From contig CP086569.2 in the NCBI GenBank assembly GCA_009914755.4, forward strand, positions 61,632,001-61,696,000: DNA of 64,000 nucleotides, given 5' to 3'. The position numbers were made by a program, and so were the translations under genes. The stretch's first letter is position 1. Each line of letters opens with the position of its first letter. Positions 42,695 through 56,899 of the stretch are shown piece by piece. The notes under the pieces were generated by a model, which worked only from the letters and a program-made list of their open reading frames with translations, searched no databases and was not told the origin of the DNA. Source of the stretch: the human T2T-CHM13v2.0 reference genome, Homo sapiens.

Positions 42695-45600
42695 ATGGAT
42701 TGGAAAGGAATAGAATGGAATGGAATGGAATTGACTCAAATGGAATGGACTAGAATGGAATGGATTCGAATGGAAGGCAAAGGAATGGAATCTATTGGAA
42801 TGGACTGTAATGGAATGGAATGGAAGGGATTGGAATGGACTCGAATGGAATGGACTGCAATAGAAAGGATTCGAATGGAATGAAAAAGAATTGAATGGAA
42901 TAGAACAGAATGGAATCAAATCGAATGAAATGGAATGGAATAGAAAGGAATGGAATGAAATGGAATGGAAAGGATTCGAATGGAATGCAATCGAATGGAA
43001 TGGAATCGAACGGAATGTAATAAAATGGAAGAAAACTGGCAAGAAATGGAATCGAAATGAATGGAGTGTTATGGAACGGACTCAAAAGGAATTGAATGTA
43101 ATAGAATGGAGTGGAGTGGACTCGAATATAATGGACTGGAATGGAATGAAATCACATGGAATGGGAACGAATGGAATGGAATGGAAAGGAATGGAATGGA
43201 ATGGAAAGGAATCGAATGGAAGGGAATGAAATTGAATCAACAGGAATGGAAGGGAGTAGAATAGACGGTAATGGAATGGACTCGAATAGAATGCACACGA
43301 ATGCTCAAATTGAATGGACTCGAATGGAATGGAAACGAAAGGAATGTCATCGAATGGAATTGAATCGATTGGAATGAAATCGCATAGAATGCAGTGGAAT
43401 CAAATGGAATTGAATCGAAAGGAAAGGAAGGGAATGGACTGAAATGAAATGGAATGGAATTGAATGGAAAGTAATGCAATGGAATAGAATGGAACGAAAT
43501 TTCACGGAATGGAATCAAACTGAATGGAATCAAATCAATGGAATATAATCAAATGGAATGGAAAGGAATTGAATGGAGTAGATTGGATTGGATGGGATTG
43601 GAATGAAATTTACTGGAAAGGACTCGAATTTCATGAAACGGAATGGAATGAATTGGAACGGAATGGACTCGAATGGAATGGAATGTCATGGAATGGCATC
43701 AAACGGAATGCCATCAAATGGGATGGAATCGAATGCAATGGAATGCTATGGAATGGAATGGAATGCATTGGAATGGAATGTCCTCTAACGGAATGGATTC
43801 GGGTGGAATGGAATCGAATATAATGGAGTCGAATGAAATGGAATTGAAAGGAATGGGATCGAATACAATGGAATATACTGGAATGTAACGTAATGAACTC
43901 GAATGTAATTGACTGGAATAGAATGTACATGAATGGAATGTAATCGAATGGAAAGTAATCCAATGGAATAGAATCTAATGCAATAAAATCGACTGTAATA
44001 GAATAGAATGTAATGGAATGGAGTGCAGTGCAATGGAATGGAATGGAACGGAATGCAATGGAATGGAATGGAATGGAATGGAATGCAATGGGATGGAATG
44101 GTATGGAATGGATAGTAATGGACTGGAGTGAAATGGACTGGAAAGGAATGGACTCAAATTGAAAGGGCTCGAAAGGAATGGAGTCAAATGGAATGGTCTG
44201 GAATGGAATGAACACGAATGTAATGCAATCCAATAGAATGGAATCGAATGGCATGGAATATAAAGAAATGGAATCGAAGAGAATGGAAACAAATGGAATG
44301 GAATTGAATGGAATGGAATTGAATGGAATGGGAACGAATGGAGTGAAATTGTATGCAGTAGAAGAGAATAGAATGAATGCAAGCGAAAGGAAAGGAATGG
44401 ATTGGAATGGAATGGAATTCATTGGAATGGAAGGGAATGTAGTGTAATGGACAGGCCTGGAATAAAGTGGAATGCTACGGTCTCGAATGGAATAAAAATG
44501 TATGGAATGGAATGCAATGAAACGCAATCGAATGTCATAGAATGTAATGGAATGCAAAAAAATGGACTCCAAAATCATTGACTGGAAAGGCTGGGTGTCG
44601 AAAGGAATTGACTCCAATGGAATGGAATCGAATGGAATGGAAGTGAATAGAATCGAACTAAATCGAATGGAATGGAATTGATAGGAACGGAATGGAAAGG
44701 AATGCAATGATTTGGCATGGAATGGAATCGAATGGCATCGAATGGAATGGAATGGAATGCAATGGAATGGAATGTATTAGAATGTAATGAACTTTAATGG
44801 AATGTACTCGAATGGATTCGACTATAATGGAATGTTCTGGAAGTGAATGGACTCCCATGGAATGGATTCGAAAGGAATGGAATCGTACGGAATGGTATCC
44901 AATGGAATGGAATTAAATGGAAATGAATCAAATTGAATAGCACGGAATTGAATTGAATGGAATCGAATGCAATGGAATCTAATGAAACGGAAAGGAAAGG
45001 AATGGAATGGAATGGAATGGGCTGGAATGGAATGGAATCGAAACGAATGGAATGGAATCGAACTGAAGAGACTGGAATGGAATGCACTGGAATGGAAGGG
45101 AGTGTAATGGAAGGTTCTCGAAAAAAATGGAATCGAATGGAATGGAATTGAATGGAACGGAATAGAGTCGAATGGAATTGAATGGAATGGAATGGACTAG
45201 AGTGAAATGGAATCGAACCACAAGGAATGGACAGGAATAGAATGGTCTCGAATTGAATGGAATCGTATGGAATGGCATCAAACGGAATGGAATGGACAGC
45301 CACGGAATGGAATGCACTCGAATGCAATGGAGTCGAAACTAATGGACTGGAATAGAATGGACTCGACTGGTACGGACTCCAATGGAATGGAATCGAATGG
45401 AAGGGAATCGAACGGAATGGACTCGAAGGGAAAAGACTGCAATGGAAAGGTCTCGAATGGAATGGAAATTAATGGAATGGAATGGAATCGAATGAAATGG
45501 AGTCAAAAGGAATGGAATCGAATGGCAAGAAATCGAATGTAATGGAATCGCAAGGAATTGATGTGAACGGAACGGAATGGAATGGAATCCAAAAGAATGG

Positions 45601-46242
45601 AATAGAATGGAATGGAATCGAATGGAAAGGACTCGAATGGAAATCACTCGAATAGAATGCAATTTAATAAAATAGGATCAAATGTAATGGAATGGAATGG
45701 AAAGGAATCGAAACGAAAGGAATGGAGACAGATGGAATGGAATGGAACAGAGAGCAATGGTATAGAATGGAATGGAATCATCTGGAATGGAATTGAATGG
45801 AATGGAATAACATGAAATGGAATGGAATGGAATGGAATGCCCTTGAATTAAATGGACTGGAATGGAATGGACTCGAACAGAGTGGAATGGAAAGTGTTGA
45901 AATAGAATGGAATGGACTCCTTTGGAATGGTCTAGTATGCAATGCAATCGACTGGCAGGGAATCAAAAGGAATGTAATCGAATGGATTGGACTGGAATGC
46001 AATGGACTCGAATAGATTGGAAATGGAATGCAAAGGAATGGAATGGAATAGTATGGAATGGAATGGAAAGGAATGGAGTGGAATAGACTAGAGTGGAATG
46101 GAATGGACTCAAAAGCAATGGACTGGAATGGAACTTTCTTGAATGGACTGGAATCAAACGGAATGGAATGCAATGCAATCAAATGGCATGGAATAAAATA
46201 GAATGAAAGAGAATCAAACGGAATTGAATCGAATGGAATCGA
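42695..46242 (+). repeat. HSat3 HOR unit U13 (3548 bp)
   Basis: Anchor at 42695. A 1-bp deletion near 44,375 ('gaatagaatgaatgcaagcg') fuses reading frames into the 358-aa ORF at 43631-44707. The first ~1.3 kb matches the variant state of U10. Confidence 0.8.
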
Positions 46243-49200
46243 ATGGATTGGAAAGGAATAGAATGGAATGGAATGGAATTGACTCAAATGGAATGGACTA
46301 GAATGGAATGGATTCGAATGGAAGGCAAAGGAATGGAATCTATTGGAATGGACTGTAATGGAATGGAATGGAAGGGATTGGAATGGACTCGAATGGAATG
46401 GACTGCAATAGAAAGGATTCGAATGGAATGAAAAAGAATTGAATGGAATAGAACAGAATGGAATCAAATCGAATGAAATGGAATGGAATAGAAAGGAATG
46501 GAATGAAATGGAATGGAAAGGATTCGAATGGAATGCAATCGAATGGAATGGAATCGAACGGAATGTAATAAAATGGAAGAAAACTGGCAAGAAATGGAAT
46601 CGAAATGAATGGAGTGTTATGGAACGGACTCAAAAGGAATTGAATGTAATAGAATGGAGTGGAGTGGACTCGAATATAATGGACTGGAATGGAATGAAAT
46701 CACATGGAATGGGAACGAATGGAATGGAATGGAAAGGAATGGAATCAAATGGAAAGGAATCGAATGGAAGGGAATGAAATTGAATCAACAGGAATGGAAG
46801 GGAATAGAATAGACGGTAATGGAATGGACTCGAATAGAATGCACACGAATGCTCAAATTGAATGGACTCGAATGGAATGGAAACGAAAGGAATGTCATCG
46901 AATGGAATTGAATCGATTGGAATGAAATCGCATAGAATGCAGTGGAATCAAATGGAATTGAATCGAAAGGAAAGGAAGCGAATGGACTGAAATGAAATGG
47001 AATGGAATTGAATGGAAAGTAATGCAATGGAATAGAATGGAACGAAATTTCACGGAATGGAATCAAACTGAATGGAATCAAATCAATGGAATATAATCAA
47101 ATGGAATGGAAAGGAATTGAATGGAGTAGATTGGATTGGATGGGATTGGAATGAAATTTACTGGAAAGGACTCGAATTTCATGAAACGGAATGGAATGAA
47201 TTGGAACGGAATGGACTCGAATGGAATGGAATGTCATGGAATGGCATCAAACGGAATGGCATCAAATGGGATGGAATCGAATGCAATGGAATGCTATGGA
47301 ATGGAATGGAATGCATTGGAATGGAATGTCCTCTAATGGAATGGATTCGGGTGGAATGGAATCGAATATAATGGAGTCGAATGAAATGGAATTGAAAGGA
47401 ATGGGATCGAATACAATGGAATATACTGGAATGTAACGTAATGAACTCGAATGTAATTGACTGGAATGGAATGTACATGAACGGAATGTAATCGAATTGA
47501 AAGTAATCCAATGGAATAGAATCTAATGCAATAAAATTGACTGTAATAGAATAGAATGTAATGGAATGGAGTGCAGTGCAATGGAATGGAATGGAATGGA
47601 ATGCAATGGAATGGAATGGAATGGAATGGAATGCAATGGGATGGAATGGTATGGAATGGATAGTAATGGACTGGAGTGAAATGGACTGGAAAGGAATGGA
47701 CTCAAATTGAAAGGGCTCGAAAGGAATGGAGTCAAATGGAATGGTCTGGAATGGAATGAACACGAATGTAATGCAATCCAATAGAATGGAATCGAATGGC
47801 ATGGAATATAAAGAAATGGAATCGAAGAGAATGGAAACAAATGGAATGGAATTGAATGGAATGGAATTGAATGGAATGGGAACGAATGGAGTGAAATTGT
47901 ATGCAGTAGAAGAGAATAGAATGGAATGCAAGCGAAAGGAAAGGAATGGATTGGAATGGAATGGAATTCATTGGAATGGAAGGGAATGTAGTGTAATGGA
48001 CAGGCCTGGAATAAAGTGGAATGCTACGGTCTCGAATGGAATAAAAATGTATGGAATGGAATGCAATGAAACGGAATCGAATGTCATAGAATGTAATGGA
48101 ATGCAAAAAAATGGACTCCAAAATCATTGACTGGAAAGGCTGGGTGTCGAAAGGAATTGACTCCAATGGAATGGAATCGAATGGAATGGAAGTGAATAGA
48201 ATCGAACTAAATCGAATGGAATGGAATTGATAGGAACGGAATGGAAAGGAATGCAATGATTTGGCATGGAATGGAATCGAATGGCATCGAATGGAATGGA
48301 ATGGAATGCAATGGAATGGAATGTATTAGAATGTAATGAACTTTAATGGAATGTACTCGAATGGATTCGACTGGAATGGAATGTTCTGGAAGTGAATGGA
48401 CTCCAATGGAATGGATTCGAAAGGAATGGAATCGTACGGAATGGTATCCAATGGAATGGAATTAAATGGAAATGAATCAAATTGAATAGCACGGAATTGA
48501 ATTGAATGGAATCGAATGCAATGGAATCTAATGAAACGGAAAGGAAAGGAATGGAATGGAATGGAATGGGCTGGAATGGAATGGAATCGAAACGAATGGA
48601 ATGGAATCGAACTGAAGAGACTGGAATGGAATGCACTGGAATGGAAGGGAGTGTAATGGAAGGTTCTCGAAAAAAATGGAATCGAATGGAATGGAATTGA
48701 ATGGAACGGAATAGAGTCGAATGGAATTGAATGGAATGGAATGGACTAGAGTGAAATGGAATCGAACCACAAGGAATGGACAGGAATAGAATGGTCTCGA
48801 ATTGAATGGAATCGTATGGAATGGCATCAAACGGAATGGAATGGACAGCCACGGAATGGAATGCACTCGAATGCAATGGAGTCGAAACTAATGGACTGGA
48901 ATAGAATGGACTCGACTGGTACGGACTCCAATGGAATGGAATCGAATGCAAGGGAATCGAACGGAATGGACTCGAAGGGAAAAGACTGCAATGGAAAGGT
49001 CTCGAATGGAATGGAAATTAATGGAATGGAATGGAATCGAAGGAAATGGAGTCAAAAGGAATGGAATCGAATGGCAAGAAATCGAATGTAATGGAATCGC
49101 AAGGAATTGATGTGAACGGAACGGAATGGAATGGAATCCAAAGGAATGGAATAGAATGGAATGGAATCGAATGGAAAGGACTCGAATGGAAATCACTCGA

Positions 49201-49791
49201 ATAGAATGCAATTTAATAAAATAGGATCAAATGTAATGGAATGGAATGGAAAGGAATCGAAACGAAAGGAATGGAGACAGATGGAATGGAATGGAACAGA
49301 GAGCAATGGTATAGAATGGAATGGAATCATCTGGAATGGAATTGAATGGAATGGAATAACATGAAATGGACTGGAATGGAATGGAATGCCCTTGAATTAA
49401 ATGGACTGGAATGGAATAGACTCGAACAGAGTGGAAAGGAAAGTGTTGAAATAGAATGGAATGGACTCCTTTGGAATGGTCTAGTATGCAATGCAATCGA
49501 CTGGCAGGGAATCAAAAGGAATGTAATCGAATGGATTGGACTGGAATGCAATGGACTCGAATAGATTGGAAACGGAATGCAAAGGAATGGAATGGAATAG
49601 TATGGAATGGAATGGAAAGGAATGGAGTGGAATAGACTAGAGTGGAATGGAATGGACTCAAAAGCAATGGACTGGAATGGAACATTCTTGAATGGACTGG
49701 AATCAAACGGAATGGAATGCAATGCAATCAAATGGCATGGAATAAAATAGAATGAAAGAGAATCAAACGGAATTGAATCGAATGGAATCGA
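46243..49791 (+). repeat. HSat3 HOR unit U14 (3549 bp)
   Basis: Anchor at 46243. Confidence 0.8.
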
Positions 49792-52700
49792 ATGGATTGG
49801 AAAGGAATAGAATGGAATGGAATGGAATTGACTCAAATGGAATGGACTAGAATGGAATGGATTCGAATGGAAGGCAAAGGAATGGAATCTATTGGAATGG
49901 ACTGTAATGGAATGGAATGGAAGGGATTGGAATGGACTCGAATGGAATGGACTGCAATAGAAAGGATTCGAATGGAATGAAAAAGAATTGAATGGAATAG
50001 AACAGAATGGAATCAAATCGAATGAAATGGAATGGAATAGAAAGGAATGGAATGAAATGGAATGGAAAGGATTCGAATGGAATGCAATCGAATGGAATGG
50101 AATCGAACGGAATGTAATAAAATGGAAGAAAACTGGCAAGAAATGGAATCGAAATGAATGGAGTGTTATGGAACGGACTCAAAAGGAATTGAATGTAATA
50201 GAATGGAGTGGAGTGGACTCGAATATAATGGACTGGAATGGAATGAAATCACATGGAATGGGAACGAATGGAATGGAATGGAAAGGAATGGAATCAAATG
50301 GAAAGGAATCGAATGGAAGGGAATGAAATTGAATCAACAGGAATGGAAGGGAATAGAATAGACGGTAATGGAATGGACTCGAATAGAATGCACACGAATG
50401 CTCAAATTGAATGGACTCGAATGGAATGGAAACGAAAGGAATGTCATCGAATGGAATTGAATCGATTGGAATGAAATCGCATAGAATGGAGTGGAATCAA
50501 ATGGAATTGAATCGAAAGGAAAGGAAGGGAATGGACTGAAATGAAATGGAATGGAATTGAATGGAAAGTAATGCAATGGAATAGAATGGAACGAAATTTC
50601 ACGGAATGGAATCAAACAGAATGGAATCAAATCAATGGAATCAAATCAAATGGAATGGAAAGGAATTGAATGGAGTAGATTGGATTGGATGGGATTGGAA
50701 TGAAATGTACTGGAAAGGACTCGAATTTCATGAAACGGAATGGAATGAATTGGAATGGAATGGACTCGAATGGAATGGAATGTCATGGAATGGCATCAAA
50801 CGGAATGGCATCAAATGGGATGGAATCGAATGCAATGGAATGCTATGGAATGGAATGGAATGCATTGGAATGGAATGTCCTCTAATGGAATGGATTCGGG
50901 TGGAATGGAATCGAATATAATGGAGTCGAATGAAATGGAATTGAAAGGAATGGGATCGAATACAATGGAATATACTGGAATGTAACGTAATGAACTCGAA
51001 TGTAATTGACTGGAATGGAATGTACATGAATGGAATGTAATCGAATGGAAAGCAATCCAATGGAATAGAATCTAATGCAATAAAATCGACTCAGATAGAG
51101 TAGAATGTAATGGAATGGAGTGCAGTGCAATGGAATGGAATGGAATGGAATGCAATGGAATGGAATGCAATGGAATGGAATGGAATGCAATGGGATGGAA
51201 TGGTATGGAATGGATAGTAATGGACTGGAGTGAAATGGACTGGAAAGGAATGGACTCAAATTGAAAGGGCTCGAAAGGAATGGAGTCAAGTGGAATGGTC
51301 TGGAATGGAATGAACACGAATGTAATGCAATCCAATAGAATGGAATCGAATGGCATGGAATATAAAGAAATGGAATCGAAGAGAATGGAAACAAATGGAA
51401 TGGAATTGAATGGAATGGAATTGAATGGAATGGGAACGAATGGAGTGAAATTGTATGCAGTAGAAGAGAATAGAATGGAATGCAAGCGAAAGGAAAGGAA
51501 TGGATTGGAATGGAATGGAATTCATTGGAATGGAAGGGAATGTAGTGTAATGGACAGGCCTGGAATAAAGTGGAATGCTACGGTCTCGAATGGAATAAAA
51601 ATGTATGGAATGGAATGCAATGAAACGGAATCGAAAGTCATAGAATGTAATGGAATGCAAAAAAATGGACTCCAAAATCATTGACTGGAAAGGCTGGGTG
51701 TCGAAAGGAATTGACTCCAATGGAATGGAATCGAATGGAATGGAAGTGAATAGAATCGAACTAAATCGAATGGAATGGAATTGATAGGAACGGAATGGAA
51801 AGGAATGCAATGATTTGGCATGGAATGGAATCGAATGGCATCGAATGGAATGGAATGGAATGCAATGGAATGGAATGTATTAGAATGTAATGAACTTTAA
51901 TGGAATGTACTCGAATGGATTCGACTGGAATGGAATGTTCTGGAAGTGAATGGACTCCAATGGAATGGATTCGAAAGGAATGGAATCGTACGGAATGGTA
52001 TCCAATGGAATGGAATTAAATGGAAATGAATCAAATTGAATAGCACGGAATTGAATTGAATGGAATCGAATGCAATGGAATCTAATGAAACGGAAAGGAA
52101 AGGAATGGAATGGAATGGAATGGGCTGGAATGGAATGGAATCGAAACGAATGGAATGGAATCGAACTGAAGAGACTGGAATGGAATGCACTGGAATGGAA
52201 GGGAGTGTAATGGAAGGTTCTCGAAAAAAATGGAATCGAATGGAATGGAATTGAATGGAACGGAATAGAGTCGAATGGAATTGAATGGAATGGAATGGAC
52301 TAGAGTGAAATGGAATCGAACCACAAGGAATGGACAGGAATAGAATGGTCTCGAATTGAATGGAATCGTATGGAATGGCATCAAACGGAATGGAATGGAC
52401 AGCCACGGAATGGAATGCACTCGAATGCAATGGAGTCGAAACTAATGGACTGGAATAGAATGGACTCGACTGGTACGGACTCCAATGGAATGGAATCGAA
52501 TGCAAGGGAATCGAACGGAATGGACTCGAAGGGAAAAGACTGCAATGGAAAGGTCTCGAATGGAATGGAAATTAATGGAATGGAATGGAATCGAAGGAAA
52601 TGGAGTCAAAAGGAATGGAATCGAATGGCAAGAAATCGAATGTAATGGAATCGCAAGGAATTGATGTGAACGGAACGGAATGGAATGGAATCCAAAGGAA

Positions 52701-53345
52701 TGGAATAGAATGGAATGGAATCGAATGGAAAGGACTCGAATGGAAATCACTTGAATAGAATGCAATTTAATAAAATAGGATCAAATGTAATGGAATGGAA
52801 TGGAAACGAATCGAAACGAAAGGAATGGAGACAGATGGAATGGAATGGAATAGAGAGCAATGGTATAGAATGGAATGGAATCATCTGGAATGGAATTGAA
52901 TGGAATGGAATAACATGAAATGGAATGGAATGGAATGGAATGCCCTTGAATTAAATGGACTGGAATGGAATGGACTCGAACAGAGTGGAATGGAAAGTGT
53001 TGAAATAGAATGGAATGGACTCCTTTGGAATGGTCTAGTATGCAATGCAGTCGACTGGCAGGGAATCAAAAGGAGTATAATGGAATGGATTGGACTGGAA
53101 TGCAATGGACTCGAATAGATTGGAAACGGAATGCAAAGGAATGGAATGGAATAGTATGGAATGGAATGGAAAGGAATGGAGTGGAATAGACTAGAGTGGA
53201 ATGGAATGGACTCAAAAGCAATGGACTGGAATGGAACTTTCTTGAATGGACTGGAATCAAACGGAATGGAATGCAATGCAATCAAATGGCATGGAATAAA
53301 ATAGAATGAAAGAGAATCAAACGGAATTGAATCGAATGGAATCGA
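49792..53345 (+). repeat. HSat3 HOR unit U15 (3554 bp)
   Basis: Anchor at 49792. Pentamer-scale insertions, for example near 50,600-50,650, add a net 5 bp. Confidence 0.8.
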
Positions 53346-56300
53346 ATGGATTGGAAAGGAATAGAATGGAATGGAATGGAATTGACTCAAATGGAATGGA
53401 CTAGAATGGAATGGATTCGAATGGAAGGCAAAGGAATGGAATCTATTGGAATGGACTGTAATGGAATGGAATGGAAGGGATTGGAATGGACTCGAATGGA
53501 ATGGACTGCAATAGAAAGGATTCGAATGGAATGAAAAAGAATTGAATGGAATAGAACAGAATGGAATCAAATCGAATGAAATGGAATGGAATAGAAAGGA
53601 ATGGAATGAAATGGAATGGAAAGGATTCGAATGGAATGCAATCGAATGGAATGCAATCGAATGGAATGGAATCGAACGGAATGGAATAAAATGGAAGAAA
53701 ACTGGCAAGAAATGGAATCGAAATGAATGGAGTGTTATGGAACGGACTCAAAAGGAATTGAATGTAATAGAATGGAGTGGAGTGGACTCGAATATAATGG
53801 ACTGGAATGGAATGAAATCACATGGAATGGGAACGAATGGAATGGAATGGAAAGGAATGGAATCGAATGGAATCGAATGTAAAGGAATCGAATGGAAGGG
53901 AATGAAATTGAATCAACAGGAATGGAAGGGAATAGAATAGAAGGTAATGGAATGGACTCGAATAGAATGGACACGAATGCTCAAATTGAATGGACTCGAA
54001 TGGAATGGAAACGAAAGGAATGTCATTGAATGGAATTGAATCGATTGGAATGAAATCGCATAGAATGGAGTGGAATCAAATGGAATTGAATCGAAAGGAA
54101 AGGAAGCGAATGGACTGAAATGAAATGGAATGGAATTGAATGGAAAGTAATGCAATGGAATAGAATGGAACGAAATTTCACGGAATGGAATCAAACTGAA
54201 TGGAATCAAATCAATGGAATATAATCAAATGGAATGGAAAGGAATTGAATGGAGTAGATTGGATTGGATGGGATTGGAATGAAATGTACTGGAAAGGACT
54301 CGAATTTCATGAAACGGAATGGAATGAATTGGAACGGAATGGACTCGAATGGAATAGAATGTCATGGAATGGCATCAAATGGAATGGCATCAAATGGAAT
54401 GGAATCGAATGCAATGGAATGCTATGGAATAGAATGGAATGCATTGGAATGGAATGTCCCCTAATGGAATGGATTCGAGTGGAATGGAATCGAATATAAT
54501 GGAGTCGAATGAAATGGAATTGAAAGGAATGGGAGCGAATACAATGGAATATACTGGAATGTAATGGAATGAACTCGAATGTAATTGACTGGAATGGAAT
54601 GTACATGAATGGAATGTAATCGAATGGAAAGCAATCCAATGGAATAGAATCTAATGCAATAAAATCGACTCAAATAGAGTAGAATGTAATGGAATGGAGT
54701 GCAGTGCAATGGAATGGAATGGAATGGAATGCAATGGAATGGAATGGAATGGAATGGAATGGGATGGAATGGTATGGAATGGATAGTAATGGACTGGAGT
54801 GAAATGGACTGGAAAAGAATGGACTCAAATTGAAAGGGCTCGAAAGGAATGGAGTCAAATGGAATGGTCTGGAATGGAATGAACACGAATGTAATGCAAT
54901 CCAATAGAATGGAATCGAATGGCATGGAATATAAAGAAATGGAATCGAAGAGAATGGAAACAAATGGAATGGAATTGAATGGAATGGAATTGAATGGAAT
55001 GGGAACGAATGGAGTGAAATTGTATGCAGTAGAAGAGAATAGAATGGAATGCAAGCGAAAGGAAAGGAATGGATTGGAATGGAATGGAATTCATTGGAAT
55101 GGAAGTGAATGTAGTGTAATGGACAGGCCTGGAATAAAGTGGAATGCTACGGTCTCGAATGGAATAAAAATGTATGGAATGGAATGCAATGAAACGGAAT
55201 CGAATGTCATAGAATGTAATGGAATGCAAAAAAATGGACTCCAAAATCATTGACTGGAAAGGCTGGGTGTCGAAAGGAATTGACTCCAATGGAATGGAAT
55301 CGAATGGAATGGAAGTGAATAGAATCGAACTAAATCGAATGGAATGGAATTGATAGGAACGGAATGGAAAGGAATGCAATGATTTGGCATGGAATGGAAT
55401 CGAATGGCATCGAATGGAATGGAATGGAATGCAATGGAATGGAATGTATTAGAATGTAATGAACTTTAATGGAATGAACTCGAATGGATTCGACTGGAAT
55501 GGAATGTTCTCCAAGTGAATGGACTCCAATGGAATGGATTCGAAAGGAATGGAATCAAATGGAATGGAATTAAATGGAAATGAATCAAATTGAATAGCAC
55601 GGAATTGAATTGAATGGAATCGAATGCAATGGAATCTAATGAAACGGAAAGGAAAGGAATGGAAAGGAATGTAATGGGCTGGGATGGAATGGAATCGAAA
55701 CGAATGGAATGGAATCGAACTGAAGAGACTGGAATGGAATGCACTGGAATGGAAGGGAGTGTAATGGAAGGTTCTCGAAAAAAATGGAATCGAAAGGAAT
55801 GGAATTGAATGGAACGGAATAGAGTCGAATGGAATTGAATGGAATGGAATGGACTAGAGTGAAATGGAATCGAACCGCAAGGAATGGACAGGAATAGAAT
55901 GGTCTCGAATTGAATTGGATCGTATGGAATGGCATCAAACGGAATGGAATGGACAGCCACGGAATGGAATGCACTCGAATGCAATGGAGTCGAAACTAAT
56001 GGACTGGAATAGAATGGACTCGACTGGTACGGACTCCAATGGAATGGAATCGAATGGAAGGGAATCGAACGGAATGGACTCGAAGGGAAAAGACTGCAAT
56101 GGAAAGGTCTCGAATGGAATGGAAATTAATGGAATGGAATGGAATCGAATGAAATGGAGTCAAAAGGAATGGAATGGAATGGCAAGAAATCGAATGTAAT
56201 GGAATCGCAAGGAATTGATGTGAATGGAACGGAATGGAATGGAATCCAAAGGAATGGAATAGAATGGAATGGAATCGAATTGAAAGGACTCGAATGGAAA

Positions 56301-56899
56301 TCACTCGAATAGAATGCAATTTAATAAAATAGGATCAAATGTAATGGAATGGAATGGAAAGGAATCGAAACGAAAGGAATGGAGACAGATGGAATGGAAT
56401 GGAACAGAGAGCAATGGTATAGAATGGAATGGAATCATCTGGAATGGAATTGAATGGAATGGAATAACATGAAATGGACTGGAATGGAATGGAATGCCCT
56501 TGAATTAAATGGACTGGAATGGAATGGACTCGAACAGAGTGGAATGGAAAGTGTTGAAATAGAATGGAATGGACTCCTTTGGAATGGTCTAGTATGCAAT
56601 GCAATCGACTGGCAGGGAATCAAAAGGAATGTAATCGAATGGATTGGACTGGAATGCAATGGACTCGAATAGATTGGAAACGGAATGCAAAGGAATGGAA
56701 TGGAATAGTATGGAATGGAATGGAAAGGAATGGAGTGGAATAGACTAGAGTGGAATGGAATGGACTCAAAAGCAATGGACTGGAATGGAACATTCTTGAA
56801 TGGACTGGAATCAAACGGAATGGAATGCAATGCAATCAAATGGCATGGAATAAAATAGAATGAAAGAGAATCAAACGGAATTGAATCGAATGGAATCGA
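53346..56899 (+). repeat. HSat3 HOR unit U16 (3554 bp, more diverged)
   Basis: Anchor at 53346. A 15-bp duplication 'ggaatgcaatcgaat' near 53,640 extends two ORFs. There is a ~21-bp deletion near 55,555 and more substitutions than in internal units. Confidence 0.75.
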
